DNA of 64,000 nt from Candidatus Lutacidiplasmatales archaeon (GTDB lineage Archaea; Thermoplasmatota; Thermoplasmata; Lutacidiplasmatales; UBA184). The notes beneath the pieces are model-generated. The model had not been told where the DNA came from. It made no database searches and worked only from the letters and a program-made list of their open reading frames with translations. The DNA is taken from positions 4,411 through 68,410 of the forward strand of contig JBIOKR010000002.1 in assembly GCA_044451945.1 (NCBI GenBank), read 5' to 3'. Shown piece by piece: positions 37,241 to 47,771 of this stretch (position 1 is its first letter; every line of letters begins with the position of its first letter). The position numbers and the translations under genes are program-made.

Positions 37241-38139
37241 AGGCCGCCGAAACCCCCCACGAAAGAGCCACCGCCTTCGCTCCCGGCACGGCCGTCATCT
37301 CCGCCGAAGGGGTGGAGGTCGGCTACGAGGGCCGGCCCGTCTGGCGGGACGGAAGCTTCCGCATCGAGCCCGGAGAGTTCGTCGCCGTCATCGGCCCGAA
37401 CGGCGCCGGCAAGACCACGCTCTTCCGTCTCCTGCTCGGGCTCAACCGCCCGGCGGCCGGGCGCCTCACGGTGTTCGGCGACGCGCCGCGCCGGGGCAAC
37501 CCCGACATCGGCTATGTCCCCCAGCGGCACTCGATCGACTACGAGACCCACGTGCGGTGCTTCGAGCTGGTCCGGCTGGGATATTCAGGGCATCGTTGGG
37601 GCTTCCCCCTCTCGACCCGGACGGAGCGGGAAGCGGCCTGGAAGGCGCTCCACGCGGTCGGAGCGACAGCGCTCGCCGACCGGCCCCTGAGCGCGCTCTC
37701 CGGAGGCGAGCTCCAGCGCATCTTCCTCGCGGAAGCGCTCGTGAGCGACCCTAGGTTGCTCCTCCTGGACGAGCCGCTTTCGAACCTCGATCTTCGCCGG
37801 GCGGAGGAGCTCGTCGAGCTCGTCAGCGAGGTCGTCCGGTCTCGGGGTGTCGCCGCCCTCCTCGTGGCCCACGACATCAACCCGCTCATCCCGTACCTCG
37901 ACAAGATCATCTACGTAGCGAACGGCCGCGTCGCCGTGGGGCGGCCGAGCGAAGTGCTCACCTCCGAGCGGTTGACCAAGCTCTACGGGGTGCACGTCGA
38001 GGTCCTCAGGGACTCCCGGGGAAACTTCGTCATCGTCGGCGGCGACGGACACACCGAGGGGGAGATCGGGGGTGGTGAGGACCACCACGAAGGGGAGGTC
38101 CAGGGAGGCACCCTCGGGCGAGGGAGGAGGGGTCCATGA
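37237..38139 (+). CDS. Metal ABC transporter ATP-binding protein (ZnuC-like)
   Basis: Walker A GPNGAGKTT, signature LSGGELQR, Walker B LLLDEP. Confidence 0.85.
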   Translation: MKAAETPHERATAFAPGTAVISAEGVEVGYEGRPVWRDGSFRIEPGEFVAVIGPNGAGKTTLFRLLLGLNRPAAGRLTVFGDAPRRGNPDIGYVPQRHSIDYETHVRCFELVRLGYSGHRWGFPLSTRTEREAAWKALHAVGATALADRPLSALSGGELQRIFLAEALVSDPRLLLLDEPLSNLDLRRAEELVELVSEVVRSRGVAALLVAHDINPLIPYLDKIIYVANGRVAVGRPSEVLTSERLTKLYGVHVEVLRDSRGNFVIVGGDGHTEGEIGGGEDHHEGEVQGGTLGRGRRGP

Positions 38140-39038
38140 GCCCGGACTTCAGCTTCGATATCATCGGTGACGTCCTCGAGATGCTCCGCTACCCGTTCAT
38201 GGTGCACGCCTTCGAGGCGGGAGCGCTCATCGCGATCGTCGCGGGGTTCGTCGGCTACCTGGTGGTCCTGCGCCGCTCGTCGTTCGCCGCGCACGCCCTC
38301 GCCCACACCGGCTTTGCCGGAGGGGCCGCGGCGGTGCTCTTCGGGGTGAATCCGGTGTTCGGACTGCTCGCCTTCACCACGGCGAGCGGCTCCGGGATGG
38401 CCGTCCTCGGCCGGAAGGCTTCTTCCCGCGACATGGAGACCGGCACCGTGCTCGCGTTCATGCTGGGGCTCGGTCTCCTCTTTGTCAACCTGTACAAGGG
38501 GGGGAGCGCGAACGAGGTCTACTCGCTCCTCTTCGGGGAGATCCTCGGCATCAGCACCGCCTCGGTCTTGCTCACCTTCGAGGCGTTCCTGGCGATCCTG
38601 GCGATCTCCGCGCTCGTCTACCGCCCCCTCCTGTTCTCCGCGCTCGACGAGGACGTCGCCGAGGCGAAGGGGATGCCGGTCCTCGGGCTCAATCTGGTGT
38701 TCCTGGTCCTCGTGGCGATCGCGGTCTCGATGGCGATCCAGGTGGTCGGGGTCCTCCTGATCTTCTCTCTGATGGTCACGCCGGCGGCCATCGCCATCCG
38801 GGTCTCGAATCGGCCTCTGTTCGCCGTCCTGGTGGGGGTCGTCGTCGCGGTCTCCGCCACCTGGCTCGGCCTGTTCATCGCCTGGTACGAGCCGTACCCG
38901 GTGAGCTTTTTCATCACGACGCTCACCTTCGGCCTGTATCTCCTCGTCCGACTGACCGGCTGGCTCTCTTCGATCTCCCGCCCCCGACCCGCCGACCCCT
39001 CGGAGTCACCCGCCGTGGCGAATTCGAACTCGGCGTGA
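38136..39038 (+). CDS. Metal ABC transporter permease (ZnuB-like)
   Basis: Polytopic ABC-3 permease. Overlaps the ATPase gene by 4 nt. Confidence 0.8.
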   Translation: MSPDFSFDIIGDVLEMLRYPFMVHAFEAGALIAIVAGFVGYLVVLRRSSFAAHALAHTGFAGGAAAVLFGVNPVFGLLAFTTASGSGMAVLGRKASSRDMETGTVLAFMLGLGLLFVNLYKGGSANEVYSLLFGEILGISTASVLLTFEAFLAILAISALVYRPLLFSALDEDVAEAKGMPVLGLNLVFLVLVAIAVSMAIQVVGVLLIFSLMVTPAAIAIRVSNRPLFAVLVGVVVAVSATWLGLFIAWYEPYPVSFFITTLTFGLYLLVRLTGWLSSISRPRPADPSESPAVANSNSA

Positions 39039-39150
39039 AGAACCCGAAAAGGCACGTCATCGCTCGGCGGAAATGGCGGGAGAGAGCAGCGGTCTCTGCC
39101 GGCCCGACCGTGCCAGAACCCCTTAACAGGGGTCGCTCGTTGAGGGGCAC

Positions 39151-40260
39151 ATGACGCCGGACGACGGGGAGCCGGCCGCCCTCGCCCGGGCGATGCTGGG
39201 AAACGCGGTCGGCGTGAAACGCGGGGAAAACGTCGTCATCGAAACCTGGAACCACACGCTCCCCTACGCGACCGCCTGCGTCGTCGAGGCCCGCCGCCTG
39301 GGCGCCCACCCGATGTTGCTGCTCGAGGACGAGACGGCGTACTGGCGCAGCATGGACGTCGCGCCGGCGATCGGCAGCTGGAGCAAGGTCGGCGATCATG
39401 AGTGGGCGGCGCTCGCCAAGACGCAGGCCTACGTCTTCTTCTCCGGCCCGGCGGACCGGCCGCGGTTCATGGATCTTCCGGACACCCACAAGGCGCAGCT
39501 CGTCAGCTACGGGAGCGAATGGTCGCGACGCGCCCGCGCGGCCCGCGTGCGCGGCGTCCGCTCGATGCTCGGTGAGGCCTCCGAGCAGCAGGCGACCGCC
39601 TGGGGGGTCTCCGGGCCGACCTGGAGAAGCCAGCTCATCCAGTCGGTGGTCGAAGCCGACATGGCGGCGATCCGTCGGGACGCCGAGCGGACCGAGGCGA
39701 AGCTGCGACGCGGAAAGACGCTCAGGATCACGGCGAGCAATGGGACGGATCTCACCCTGAAGCTCAAGGGAAGGGCGCCGTACGTCGACGACGGCGTCGT
39801 CGGCCCGGACGACCTCAAGGTGGGGCACAACATCACCATCTCGCCGCCCGGCTACGTGGCCGTCGCCGTCGAAGAGCACTCGGCGGAGGGAATGGCGATC
39901 GCGAGCCGGCCGAGCTATCTGAGGAGCGGGAAAGTGGAGGGGGGCCAGTGGGAGCTCCACGAAGGGCACCTCGTGAACTTCTGGTACACAGACGGGCAGG
40001 CCACCTTCGAGGCCGCCTACGGAAAGGTCGGGAAGGGCCGGGACGTACTCTCCCTGTTCGGCATCGGGCTCAACGGGGCGCTCGCTCCCGGGGTCCCCCA
40101 GGCGGAGGACCAGGAGGCCGGGGCCGTCACGCTCGGCATCGGCGGAAACTTGCAGTACGGCGGCGCGAACCGGACCCCGTTCTTCTCGTGGATCGTCATC
40201 GGCGAGGCGACCGTCGCGGTCGACGGAAAGCCGCTCGCCGACCGCGGCAAGATCTTCTGA
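39151..40260 (+). CDS. M29-family aminopeptidase (AmpS/PepS-like)
   Basis: 369 aa with the thermophilic metalloprotease M29 layout (…GIGLNGALAPGVPQAEDQEAGAVTLGIGGN…). Confidence 0.7.
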   Translation: MTPDDGEPAALARAMLGNAVGVKRGENVVIETWNHTLPYATACVVEARRLGAHPMLLLEDETAYWRSMDVAPAIGSWSKVGDHEWAALAKTQAYVFFSGPADRPRFMDLPDTHKAQLVSYGSEWSRRARAARVRGVRSMLGEASEQQATAWGVSGPTWRSQLIQSVVEADMAAIRRDAERTEAKLRRGKTLRITASNGTDLTLKLKGRAPYVDDGVVGPDDLKVGHNITISPPGYVAVAVEEHSAEGMAIASRPSYLRSGKVEGGQWELHEGHLVNFWYTDGQATFEAAYGKVGKGRDVLSLFGIGLNGALAPGVPQAEDQEAGAVTLGIGGNLQYGGANRTPFFSWIVIGEATVAVDGKPLADRGKIF

Positions 40261-40859
40261 TGGGCCGACCCCCCCGACCCGCAACGACGGGGCCCGAGGG
40301 AACGCCGGCGGACTGGACGAGGCGCTTTCTCAAGCCTCTACCGGTCCGCTTCTACGACCGCCCCACGGTGGGGGTCGCGCGAGACCTCCTCGGTGTCTAC
40401 CTCCTTCGCAAGGAAGGGAACATGGTCCGGGCGGCCCGGATCGTCGAGACGGAGGCGTATCTCGCCCGAGACCCCGCCAGCCACTCCTTCATCGGGCCGA
40501 CACCGAGGAACCGGTCGATGTTTGGTTCGCCCGGCACGCTCTACGTCTACCGGATCCATCAGTCGCACTGTGCGAACGTGGTGACGCAGCGTGGAGAGGC
40601 GGTGCTCCTGAGGGCTGCCGAGCCGTTGACGAAGGGCCTTACGAGTCTCTCCGGGCCGGGGCGTCTGTGCCGCGGTCTCGGGCTGAGCCGCTCGGAGGAT
40701 GGCGAGAGCCTGACGAGCTCGTCGGTCCGCCTCTGGGGGGGAGGGATACCGGCGGAGAGAATCGTCACCGGACGACGGGTGGGGGTTCGCAAAGCGGTCT
40801 CCCGGCGGCTGCGATTCGCTCTCGCGGGGAACCCGCATGTCTCCCGCCCTCGCCCCTGA
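40260..40859 (+). CDS. DNA-3-methyladenine glycosylase (AAG/Mpg family)
   Basis: LLGVYLLRKEGNMVRAARIVETEAYLARDPASHSF...GTLYVYRIHQSHCANVV is the Mpg family signature. ATG overlaps the aminopeptidase stop. Confidence 0.7.
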   Translation: MGRPPRPATTGPEGTPADWTRRFLKPLPVRFYDRPTVGVARDLLGVYLLRKEGNMVRAARIVETEAYLARDPASHSFIGPTPRNRSMFGSPGTLYVYRIHQSHCANVVTQRGEAVLLRAAEPLTKGLTSLSGPGRLCRGLGLSRSEDGESLTSSSVRLWGGGIPAERIVTGRRVGVRKAVSRRLRFALAGNPHVSRPRP

Positions 40860-40931
40860 GCGGGCCGTGAGCGGCGCCCGCGCAGGATGAGAAGGAGCGT
40901 CTCGGCGTTCTGGCGGGGCCCGTGAGGGGGC

Positions 40932-41096
40932 TCAGTACTTCTGCTTCGCCCAGTTGTAGCTACGCCACCGGGCGGTGTCGCCGAAGCCGCACGACGAGCA
41001 CTTGCCGGCCTGGCGGTGATAGGAGTGCTTGCCGCACCGTCGGCAGCGCTGGTGAACGATCTTTCCGCCGCGTTGAGACGCTGTGCCCTTCGTCAT
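40932..41096 (-). CDS. rpl37e: 50S ribosomal protein L37e
   Basis: Hand translation of the minus strand gives MTKGTASQRGGKIVHQRCRRCGKHSYHRQAGKCSSCGFGDTARWRSYNWAKQKY, a C4 zinc ribbon typical of L37e. At 54 aa it falls below the ORF-track cutoff. Confidence 0.8.
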   Translation of the reverse strand: MTKGTASQRGGKIVHQRCRRCGKHSYHRQAGKCSSCGFGDTARWRSYNWAKQKY

Positions 41097-41115
41097 CCGA
41101 CTTTGCCCTCCAAAC

Positions 41116-41328
41116 CTACGGTGAGATGTAGACGATGCTGTCGCCGCGCAGAAGCGTCACGCCGGCCTTCGGGGTGACCTGGTCGTTGACGACCTCTTCG
41201 GCCCCGGAGAGGACCAGGTTGAGGTGCTGGTCGAAGCCGTCCAGGACCCCCCGGAACGAGTGGCCGCCCCGGAGCTCCACCAAGACTCGCTTGTGGAGGC
41301 TCTGCTGGAGGACGTCGAGGGGCTTCAT
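41116..41328 (-). CDS. Sm-like archaeal protein (LSm)
   Basis: MKPLDVLQQSLHKRVLVELRGGHSFRGVLDGFDQHLNLVLSGAEEV...LLRGDSIVYISP contains Sm1/Sm2 motifs. The Sm/L37e adjacency is conserved in archaea. Confidence 0.8.
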   Translation of the reverse strand: MKPLDVLQQSLHKRVLVELRGGHSFRGVLDGFDQHLNLVLSGAEEVVNDQVTPKAGVTLLRGDSIVYISP

Positions 41329-41423
41329 GAAGGGAACGGCGGGAGACCGGCCTCGCCACATAACAGTTACCGGCGACGGCCGCCGCATCTTCCGAGGAGC
41401 GAGCGGCCCGTGCGCCGGGGTCG

Positions 41424-42128
41424 TCAGGCCATGCCTTTGGCGAGAAGGCCGAGAAGGCGCTCTGCCTCGACCGACCGGCCGCCGACGGTCGGCGGGCGCG
41501 TGCGCACCCGTCGGTCGACCTGCTCGATAAGGCGGTTGAGAGGGGTCGCGGCCGTCAGGACGTGCACCCGCCCGGGCATCGACTCGCGGATCGGGCCCAA
41601 CCAGAGCCGCCGCTCGATCCGTGCCACCGCGGAATGCCTCGCCCTCAGTTGGGGAGGGTGCTTGGCGGGGGCTTCGGCGGCACGGCGGCGGGTGAGGTCA
41701 AGCCCGGCCGATAGGTACACCACGTGTTCCGGAAGCCCCCAGCTCCCTTCGGCGGCGAGGCCGCGCGCCCTGCGAAGGAGCCGATGGAACAGCTCGGGGG
41801 GCACGAGGCGCAGGTAGGCGAGGCCGAAGGTGTAGGTGATCGGGCTCAGAAAACTCGTGTCGGCCACCACCGTCTTGCCCTCTCGAAGCAAGGTCGACGC
41901 CTCGGTGAAGCGCCGGGCCTCCTCATCGAGGAGCCTCGTCTCGACGTCGAACAGCTCGTCGGGCCCGGCCAGCTCCAGGGACGGCCTCGGCTCGAGTCGG
42001 TAGTACGCCTCATCCATGTAGACCGCGTTCACGGCCTGGGCGAGCGCGCGGGAGAGGGTCGTCTTGCCGGCGGCCGATGGACCCTCGAGGGCGACCACCG
42101 TCGCCGGTCGCGGCGTCGCCACGGACAC
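41424..42128 (-). CDS. P-loop NTPase (kinase-like), hypothetical
   Basis: Walker A GPSAAGKTT and a Walker-B-like VVADTSF. Confidence 0.5.
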   Translation of the reverse strand: MSVATPRPATVVALEGPSAAGKTTLSRALAQAVNAVYMDEAYYRLEPRPSLELAGPDELFDVETRLLDEEARRFTEASTLLREGKTVVADTSFLSPITYTFGLAYLRLVPPELFHRLLRRARGLAAEGSWGLPEHVVYLSAGLDLTRRRAAEAPAKHPPQLRARHSAVARIERRLWLGPIRESMPGRVHVLTAATPLNRLIEQVDRRVRTRPPTVGGRSVEAERLLGLLAKGMA

Positions 42129-42269
42129 GGCCCGACAATACCGGCCGGGGTAAGACCTCCACTGGAGCGGAGCGGGTAGGTGAACGGCGGGCGCGGCGGG
42201 AGGGAGGGAACGCAGCGAAGGCAGCGAGGACCGCCTTTATGCCGGTCCGGCCATCCGACCCGGGCCCCC

Positions 42270-43562
42270 ATGACCCCCGCGGACGCTCGCGTCGCCGGTT
42301 CCCGAAGGTTCCGCGCCCGCGTGCTCACGGCGACGACCCCGGGAGAGCTCGCGCGCGAGATCGAGCGGACCGACAGCGACCCCGAGGGGGTCGGGATCAT
42401 GACCCGAAAGGGGAAGATCTACCCGATCCGGCTCGAGGACGTTCCACTGAAGGCGGCGCCCCTGCTCAAGCAGGAGCTCCTCTCGGTAGGAGGCGACGCG
42501 GCGCACGCGCGCGGGGTGGCCGACCTATCGGTCGAGAAGAGCCCGGTCGTGCTGCTCGCCACCGCGGGCCAGTATCGGCGTCTCATCCCGAAGCTCAAGC
42601 GTCAACCGTTCCAGCTCTCCCGGATCGCCGAGGCCATCGACGTCGCCTTGCGCGGATTCACTCTCCACAGCGCACGGACGATCCGGGGGGCGCACCGGTC
42701 GTTCGTGGTCGGCGAGCGCACCCTGGTGATGGGCGTCGTCAACGTGACCCCCGACTCGTTCTCCGACGGGGGCCGATTCCTCGCGCCGCGGGACGCCATC
42801 GCGCAGGCTCTCCGGCTCGAGTCGGAAGGCGCAGACCTGCTCGACATCGGCGGCGAATCGACCCGTCCGGGAGCGAAGTCGGTCGACCCCGAGGAGGAGT
42901 GGAGCCGGATCGCCCCCGTCTTTGAGGCTCTCGACGGGAAGGTCCGGGTTCCGCTCTCGGTCGACACCCGGAACTCCTCGGTCGCCCGGCGGGCGGTCTC
43001 GGCGGGAGCGGATTTGATCAACGACGTGAGCGGCCTCCGTGACCCGGCGATGAGGAAGACGGCCGCGGACACGGGCGCCGGCGTGGTGATCATGCACATG
43101 CGGGGAACTCCGGAGACCATGCAGGAGAACACCGAGTACGGGGACGTCCGCCTCGAAGTGTTCTCGGCCCTCCAGGACGCAACGGCGCTCGCCGTCGACG
43201 ACGGCATCACGACCGACCGGATCCTTATCGACCCCGGGCTCGGTTTCGGCAAGTCGTACGAGCAGAACCTCGAGCTGCTCGGTCACTTGGGCGAACTGAG
43301 GAGCCTCGGGTTTCCGGTGCTCGTCGGTGCCTCCCGCAAGTCGTTCCTCGGCAAGGCGCTCGGCGGGGCGGAACTAGGAGAGCGGCTCGAGGCGGGGATC
43401 GCCGCCGCCGTCATGGCGGCGATCCAGGGTGCGAGCGTCGTGCGGAGCCACGAGGTCGCGGCCACCCGGCGTGCCCTCGCCCTGGTCGACGCGGTTCAGC
43501 AGGCTCGTCCGCGCTCGGAGGTTCCGGTGGTGGCCCCCCCACCTCCGGACCCCGAGGATTGA
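42270..43562 (+). CDS. folP: Dihydropteroate synthase with archaeal-type N-terminal extension domain
   Basis: C-terminal 280 aa is a Pterin_bind/DHPS TIM barrel (VMGVVNVTPDSFSDGG, IDPGLGFGK). The N-terminal ~140 aa is the uncharacterised domain seen fused to DHPS in archaea. Confidence 0.8.
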   Translation: MTPADARVAGSRRFRARVLTATTPGELAREIERTDSDPEGVGIMTRKGKIYPIRLEDVPLKAAPLLKQELLSVGGDAAHARGVADLSVEKSPVVLLATAGQYRRLIPKLKRQPFQLSRIAEAIDVALRGFTLHSARTIRGAHRSFVVGERTLVMGVVNVTPDSFSDGGRFLAPRDAIAQALRLESEGADLLDIGGESTRPGAKSVDPEEEWSRIAPVFEALDGKVRVPLSVDTRNSSVARRAVSAGADLINDVSGLRDPAMRKTAADTGAGVVIMHMRGTPETMQENTEYGDVRLEVFSALQDATALAVDDGITTDRILIDPGLGFGKSYEQNLELLGHLGELRSLGFPVLVGASRKSFLGKALGGAELGERLEAGIAAAVMAAIQGASVVRSHEVAATRRALALVDAVQQARPRSEVPVVAPPPPDPED

Positions 43563-43995
43563 GCGGTGGACGCTGGGGCGGCCGCCCCTCGGAGACGATG
43601 CGGGAGAAGGTCGCCCCGCACCCTCCACCCCGGCAGAGTCCACGCCGAAATCGTCCGGGAGCTTTCCTTCGAACCGGCACCTCCCACCGAGCCGTGCCCG
43701 TGTCGAAACGGTCGGGAAAACATGTCCCGAAGGAGGAGCGGGCCGATGCCGACGAGGTCGTCGTGACCTCATTTCCGGTGGCATGTGCCGGAGAGGCATG
43801 CCATCGACGGACGACGTTCGCGTCGCCCGGGGACGCTCCGTACGAGTCCGGAGCGTTCCTGCGGACGGGTTGGAGGGTGGTGGCGGACGACGGGGCAGAG
43901 CCGGAGCTCGCCGTCCGGTGGGAGGCAGTCCCGGCAACACCCGAGTAAAGGTGCGCTGACGGTGCCCATTTCAAGGGACGGAAAGATGGCCGGCC

Positions 43996-44673
43996 GTGAG
44001 CGAGAGCGTCGTCATCGGGAAGGACGTCTGGAAAGTCTACGGGGCCGGTGAGACGGCCGTTCCAGCGCTCCGGGGGGTCTCGGTCGACATCCACCGGGGC
44101 GAGATGGTCGCGATCATGGGCCCTTCGGGCTGCGGCAAGACCACGCTCCTGAACTGTTTCAGCGGGCTCGACGACATCACCCGGGGGCAGGTGACCCTCG
44201 AGGGGACGGACATCCACGCGATGCCGGACAACCAAAAGAGCGAGTATCGTGCCCGACGGGCGGGGTTCGTCTTCCAATCGTACAATCTCCTGACCATCCT
44301 CACCGCGGCCGAGAACGTCGAGATGCCGCTCTTGGCCTGTGGCTTGAAAGGGGCGGAGGCCCGGGCGAAGTCGGTCGCCATGCTCGAGCAGCTCGGGCTC
44401 GGCGACCGCCTTCACCACCATCCCTCCGAGCTGTCCGGAGGGCAGCAGCAGCGGGTCTCCCTCGCCCGCGCCCTCGTCACCCGACCGGCGATCGTATGGG
44501 CCGATGAACCGACCGGAAACCTCGACAACGAGGGCTCCCGGCAGGTCACCGACCTGCTTCGCCAGCTCAACCGGGAGTTCCAACAGACGATGGTGGTGGT
44601 CACGCACGACTCCGATGTCGCCAAGTCGTGCGACCGGACCCTGAGAATGCGAGATGGGACGTTCGTCGAGTAG
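43996..44673 (+). CDS. ABC transporter ATP-binding protein (MacB/LolD-like)
   Basis: GTG start. Walker A GPSGCGKTT, signature LSGGQQQR, Walker B VWADEPTGNLD. Confidence 0.85.
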   Translation: MSESVVIGKDVWKVYGAGETAVPALRGVSVDIHRGEMVAIMGPSGCGKTTLLNCFSGLDDITRGQVTLEGTDIHAMPDNQKSEYRARRAGFVFQSYNLLTILTAAENVEMPLLACGLKGAEARAKSVAMLEQLGLGDRLHHHPSELSGGQQQRVSLARALVTRPAIVWADEPTGNLDNEGSRQVTDLLRQLNREFQQTMVVVTHDSDVAKSCDRTLRMRDGTFVE

Positions 44674-44688
44674 CGGGGTACTGCATCG

Positions 44689-47628
44689 ATGCCCGACCCG
44701 CTGCTCCTGTTCACCCTCATCGTCCTGGGAGGCGTCGGGCTCGTTTCGGCAGCGCTCGTCGCCCGTTTCCGACTCCCGTTCCGTATCGCGATCCGCAACA
44801 TCCGGCGGGCCCGGACCCGGTCGTTGCTCGTCGTCCTCGGGCTCCTGGTCGGTACCGCGATCATCTCGGGGAGCCTGAGCGTCGGCGACACGGTCAGCGC
44901 CGTCAACCTGCACTACACGAAGCTCGCGTGGGGCTACACTGATGAGGGGATCTTCAGCCTGAGCCCCACCGGAACCTACCAGTACTACCCGGCGTCGATC
45001 GTGAGCCAGGTGGCGAACGCCTCGGCGTCGAACCCCCAGATCGCCGGGATAACGCCCGAGGTCGTCGATACGGTACAGGTCTTCGACCGGGCTACCGGGA
45101 TCCCCCAGACCAACCTGCACCTCGTCGGGGCGGACGTCGGACCGAGCCACGCGCTCGGCTCGTTCACGACGACCGACGGGAGCATTTTGGCAGGGCCGGA
45201 CCCCGGGAAGGTCTTCCTCGACGTGCTGGCGGCGAACGCCCTCAACGCCTCGGCCGGCGACTCCCTCCTCGTTTACGGAGCTCTGCCGGTCCTCGCGAGC
45301 GTGCAGGCGGTCGTCAAGGACGACCTTAGGGGAGCGTTCCTCACGGGGGGGCTCACGGGCGGGACGGTCTTCACCGACCTGGCTACCGCCCAGCGGATCG
45401 AGAACGCCAGCGGGCTCGTGAATTTCGCCGCGGTGACCAACTCGGGCTCCCAGGACCACGGGGTCGGCCTTTCGTCGTCGGTGAGCGCGCAGCTCAACGA
45501 GACGCTCGCGGGGATCCCCGGCGCCTCCCGACTCGGGGCCCATCCGGTCTTCCAGGCTCAGCTCAACGACGCCATCGCCGCCGGCAACGGCCTCGTGACG
45601 ATATTCCTGGTCTTCGGTCTCTTCTCGATGGTCGCCGGGGCGATGCTGATCATCGGGATCTTCACGATGATCGCCGAGGAGCGCAAGGGCGAGATGGGGA
45701 TGCTGCGCGCCATCGGCCTCAAGCGGCGCGACATCGTTCTTTCGTACTACTTCGAAGGACTCGTCTACTCCGCCGGGAGCGCGCTGGCCGGAGTCTTCGT
45801 AGGGGTCGCGACCGGGTACATCCTGCTCTTCGCCTACGTGCAGCTGGTCGGGGCTTCCGAGCCCGGTACCGCCGCCGTGCTCACCTCCTTCACGGTCGCC
45901 AACTCGAGCCTCCTGGTGAGCTACCTCGCCGGATTCCTCCTGACGCTGGGGACCGTGATCGTCGCGAGCGTTCGGGTGAGCCGTCTCAACATCGTCCGCG
46001 CGATCCGGGGAGTCCCCGAGCCGCCTCCCCCGATCCGCACCTACACCTACCTCGCGTATCTGGGCGCGGCCGCGCTCCTCATCGGCCTCATCCTGTTCGC
46101 CACGACCTACCGAGGGACCGGCGACATCTCCGACCCGATGATCGGCGGGGGGCTCCTGATCATCGGCGGGGCGCTCGTTGCCTCGCGCTTCTTCCGCAAT
46201 CGCCCCGTCTTCACGGTCGCGGGGCTCGCCCTGATGGGGTTCGCGGGTTCCGAGGCGCTCCACAGCGTGCTCCTCGGTACCGGACACTCCGGCGGCATCT
46301 TCGTCATCTTCGTGGACGGGATCGAGCTCATCGGCGGGGCGATCCTGGCGTTCGCCTTCAACGCGGCGTCCCTCGCCAACGGCATCGAGCGCGGAGTCTC
46401 GGGCCGGGTGGCGACGGCCCCCGTGGCGAGGATGGGCCTCGCCTACCCGAGCCGCCGGGCCGCCCGGACCGCGATCACCACGACGATCTTCGCGCTCGTC
46501 CTGTTCGTCATCGTCGTGCTCGCCACCTACAGCGCGACCCTGACCGGGAACCTCAACGACTCGATCGGCGACCAGTCCGGGGGCTACACCTTCTTCGGCT
46601 ATTCGACGCAGCCGATCCCCGACCTTCCGGGGACGATCGCGGCGAACTCGACGTTATCGCCGCTCTACTCGGAGGTGGTCCCCCTCGTGCTCGGTATCGG
46701 CCACCTCACGATCCCAGGGTATCCGGCGAAGTTCTTCCGGGACGAGGTCTACTCCGCCCCCACCGGCGGTCCCGCCTCCGCGAACTTCTACGCCACCAAC
46801 GCCTTCTCGTTCCAATCGACCCTGGACGGACGGTCGGCCTCGGCGACGATGGGCATGCTCTCGACCAACGCGAGCGCGGCGATCGTCGACGACTCCTACG
46901 TGGGCGGCGGTTTTTCGACCTCGGGACATCCCCTCCTGACGGTGGGGACCGTCGTGAAGGTCGTGAACCCGGGGACCGGCTCCTCGACGAGCGTCACCGT
47001 CATCGGGGTCCTCAAGACGCTGGTCCTCGGTGGGATCTGGCTCAATCCGACGACCGCGACATCGATGGGGTACAACTCCACGCTCGGCTACCTACTGAAG
47101 ATCCCCGCCGGAATCTCCTCGACGTTCGCCTCCCAGAAGACGAAGGCGGCGTTCTATACGTTCGGTCTCGTCCTCGTCGAGTTCACCGCGATCCTCGCGA
47201 CGACGATCGCGATCATCTCGGGCCAGATCGGCCTCCTCGAGGTGTTCATCGGGCTCGGCCTGGCGGTCGGCATCGCCGCCCTGGGGATCGTCGCCAACCG
47301 CGCGGTCGTCGAACGACGTCGGGAGACGGGGATGCTCCGGGCGACCGGGCTCACCCGGGGGATGATCCTCAAGATGTTCCTGATCGAGTACACCTTCGTC
47401 ACGTTCATGGGAGGGCTCATCGGGGGTGCCACCGGGCTCCTCCTCGTCTACAATCTCGTCATCAGCCCCGGGGCGAGCGCGGCGGACGTCACGAAGCTCT
47501 ACATCCCGTGGGAGAACCTCGGCATCGTCATGCTCGTCACGGGGCTCCTGGCGACCCTCGCCGTGATCAGCCCTTCGCTCAAGGCCTCCCGGCTCCCACC
47601 GGCCGAGGCGATCCGGGCGATGGAGTAG
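44689..47628 (+). CDS. ABC transporter permease with two FtsX/MacB-like domains and large extracellular loops (979 aa)
   Basis: Two 4-TM FtsX-type modules separated by large Gly/Thr/Ser-rich extracellular regions. Confidence 0.8.
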   Translation: MPDPLLLFTLIVLGGVGLVSAALVARFRLPFRIAIRNIRRARTRSLLVVLGLLVGTAIISGSLSVGDTVSAVNLHYTKLAWGYTDEGIFSLSPTGTYQYYPASIVSQVANASASNPQIAGITPEVVDTVQVFDRATGIPQTNLHLVGADVGPSHALGSFTTTDGSILAGPDPGKVFLDVLAANALNASAGDSLLVYGALPVLASVQAVVKDDLRGAFLTGGLTGGTVFTDLATAQRIENASGLVNFAAVTNSGSQDHGVGLSSSVSAQLNETLAGIPGASRLGAHPVFQAQLNDAIAAGNGLVTIFLVFGLFSMVAGAMLIIGIFTMIAEERKGEMGMLRAIGLKRRDIVLSYYFEGLVYSAGSALAGVFVGVATGYILLFAYVQLVGASEPGTAAVLTSFTVANSSLLVSYLAGFLLTLGTVIVASVRVSRLNIVRAIRGVPEPPPPIRTYTYLAYLGAAALLIGLILFATTYRGTGDISDPMIGGGLLIIGGALVASRFFRNRPVFTVAGLALMGFAGSEALHSVLLGTGHSGGIFVIFVDGIELIGGAILAFAFNAASLANGIERGVSGRVATAPVARMGLAYPSRRAARTAITTTIFALVLFVIVVLATYSATLTGNLNDSIGDQSGGYTFFGYSTQPIPDLPGTIAANSTLSPLYSEVVPLVLGIGHLTIPGYPAKFFRDEVYSAPTGGPASANFYATNAFSFQSTLDGRSASATMGMLSTNASAAIVDDSYVGGGFSTSGHPLLTVGTVVKVVNPGTGSSTSVTVIGVLKTLVLGGIWLNPTTATSMGYNSTLGYLLKIPAGISSTFASQKTKAAFYTFGLVLVEFTAILATTIAIISGQIGLLEVFIGLGLAVGIAALGIVANRAVVERRRETGMLRATGLTRGMILKMFLIEYTFVTFMGGLIGGATGLLLVYNLVISPGASAADVTKLYIPWENLGIVMLVTGLLATLAVISPSLKASRLPPAEAIRAME

Positions 47629-47771
47629 GCTCCCCGATACGCGCGGGCATCGGCATGTCGAGGTCGCCACATCCTGCCTCTCCCAAAGCCCCGAGCATCG
47701 CCTCCCCACGCAAGCAAGAGCCTAGGACGCGAGCGGAATACCGCTAAGAGCCGGGCCGCCTGCGCCTCGGC

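Noticed and set aside
38923-40284. 453-aa minus ORF
   Set aside because: Antisense to the M29 aminopeptidase.
43411-46287. 958-aa minus-strand ORF
   Set aside because: Antisense to the well-supported ABC ATPase/FtsX permease genes. Arg/Gly/Pro/Asp-rich low-complexity translation typical of spurious ORFs in high-GC DNA.
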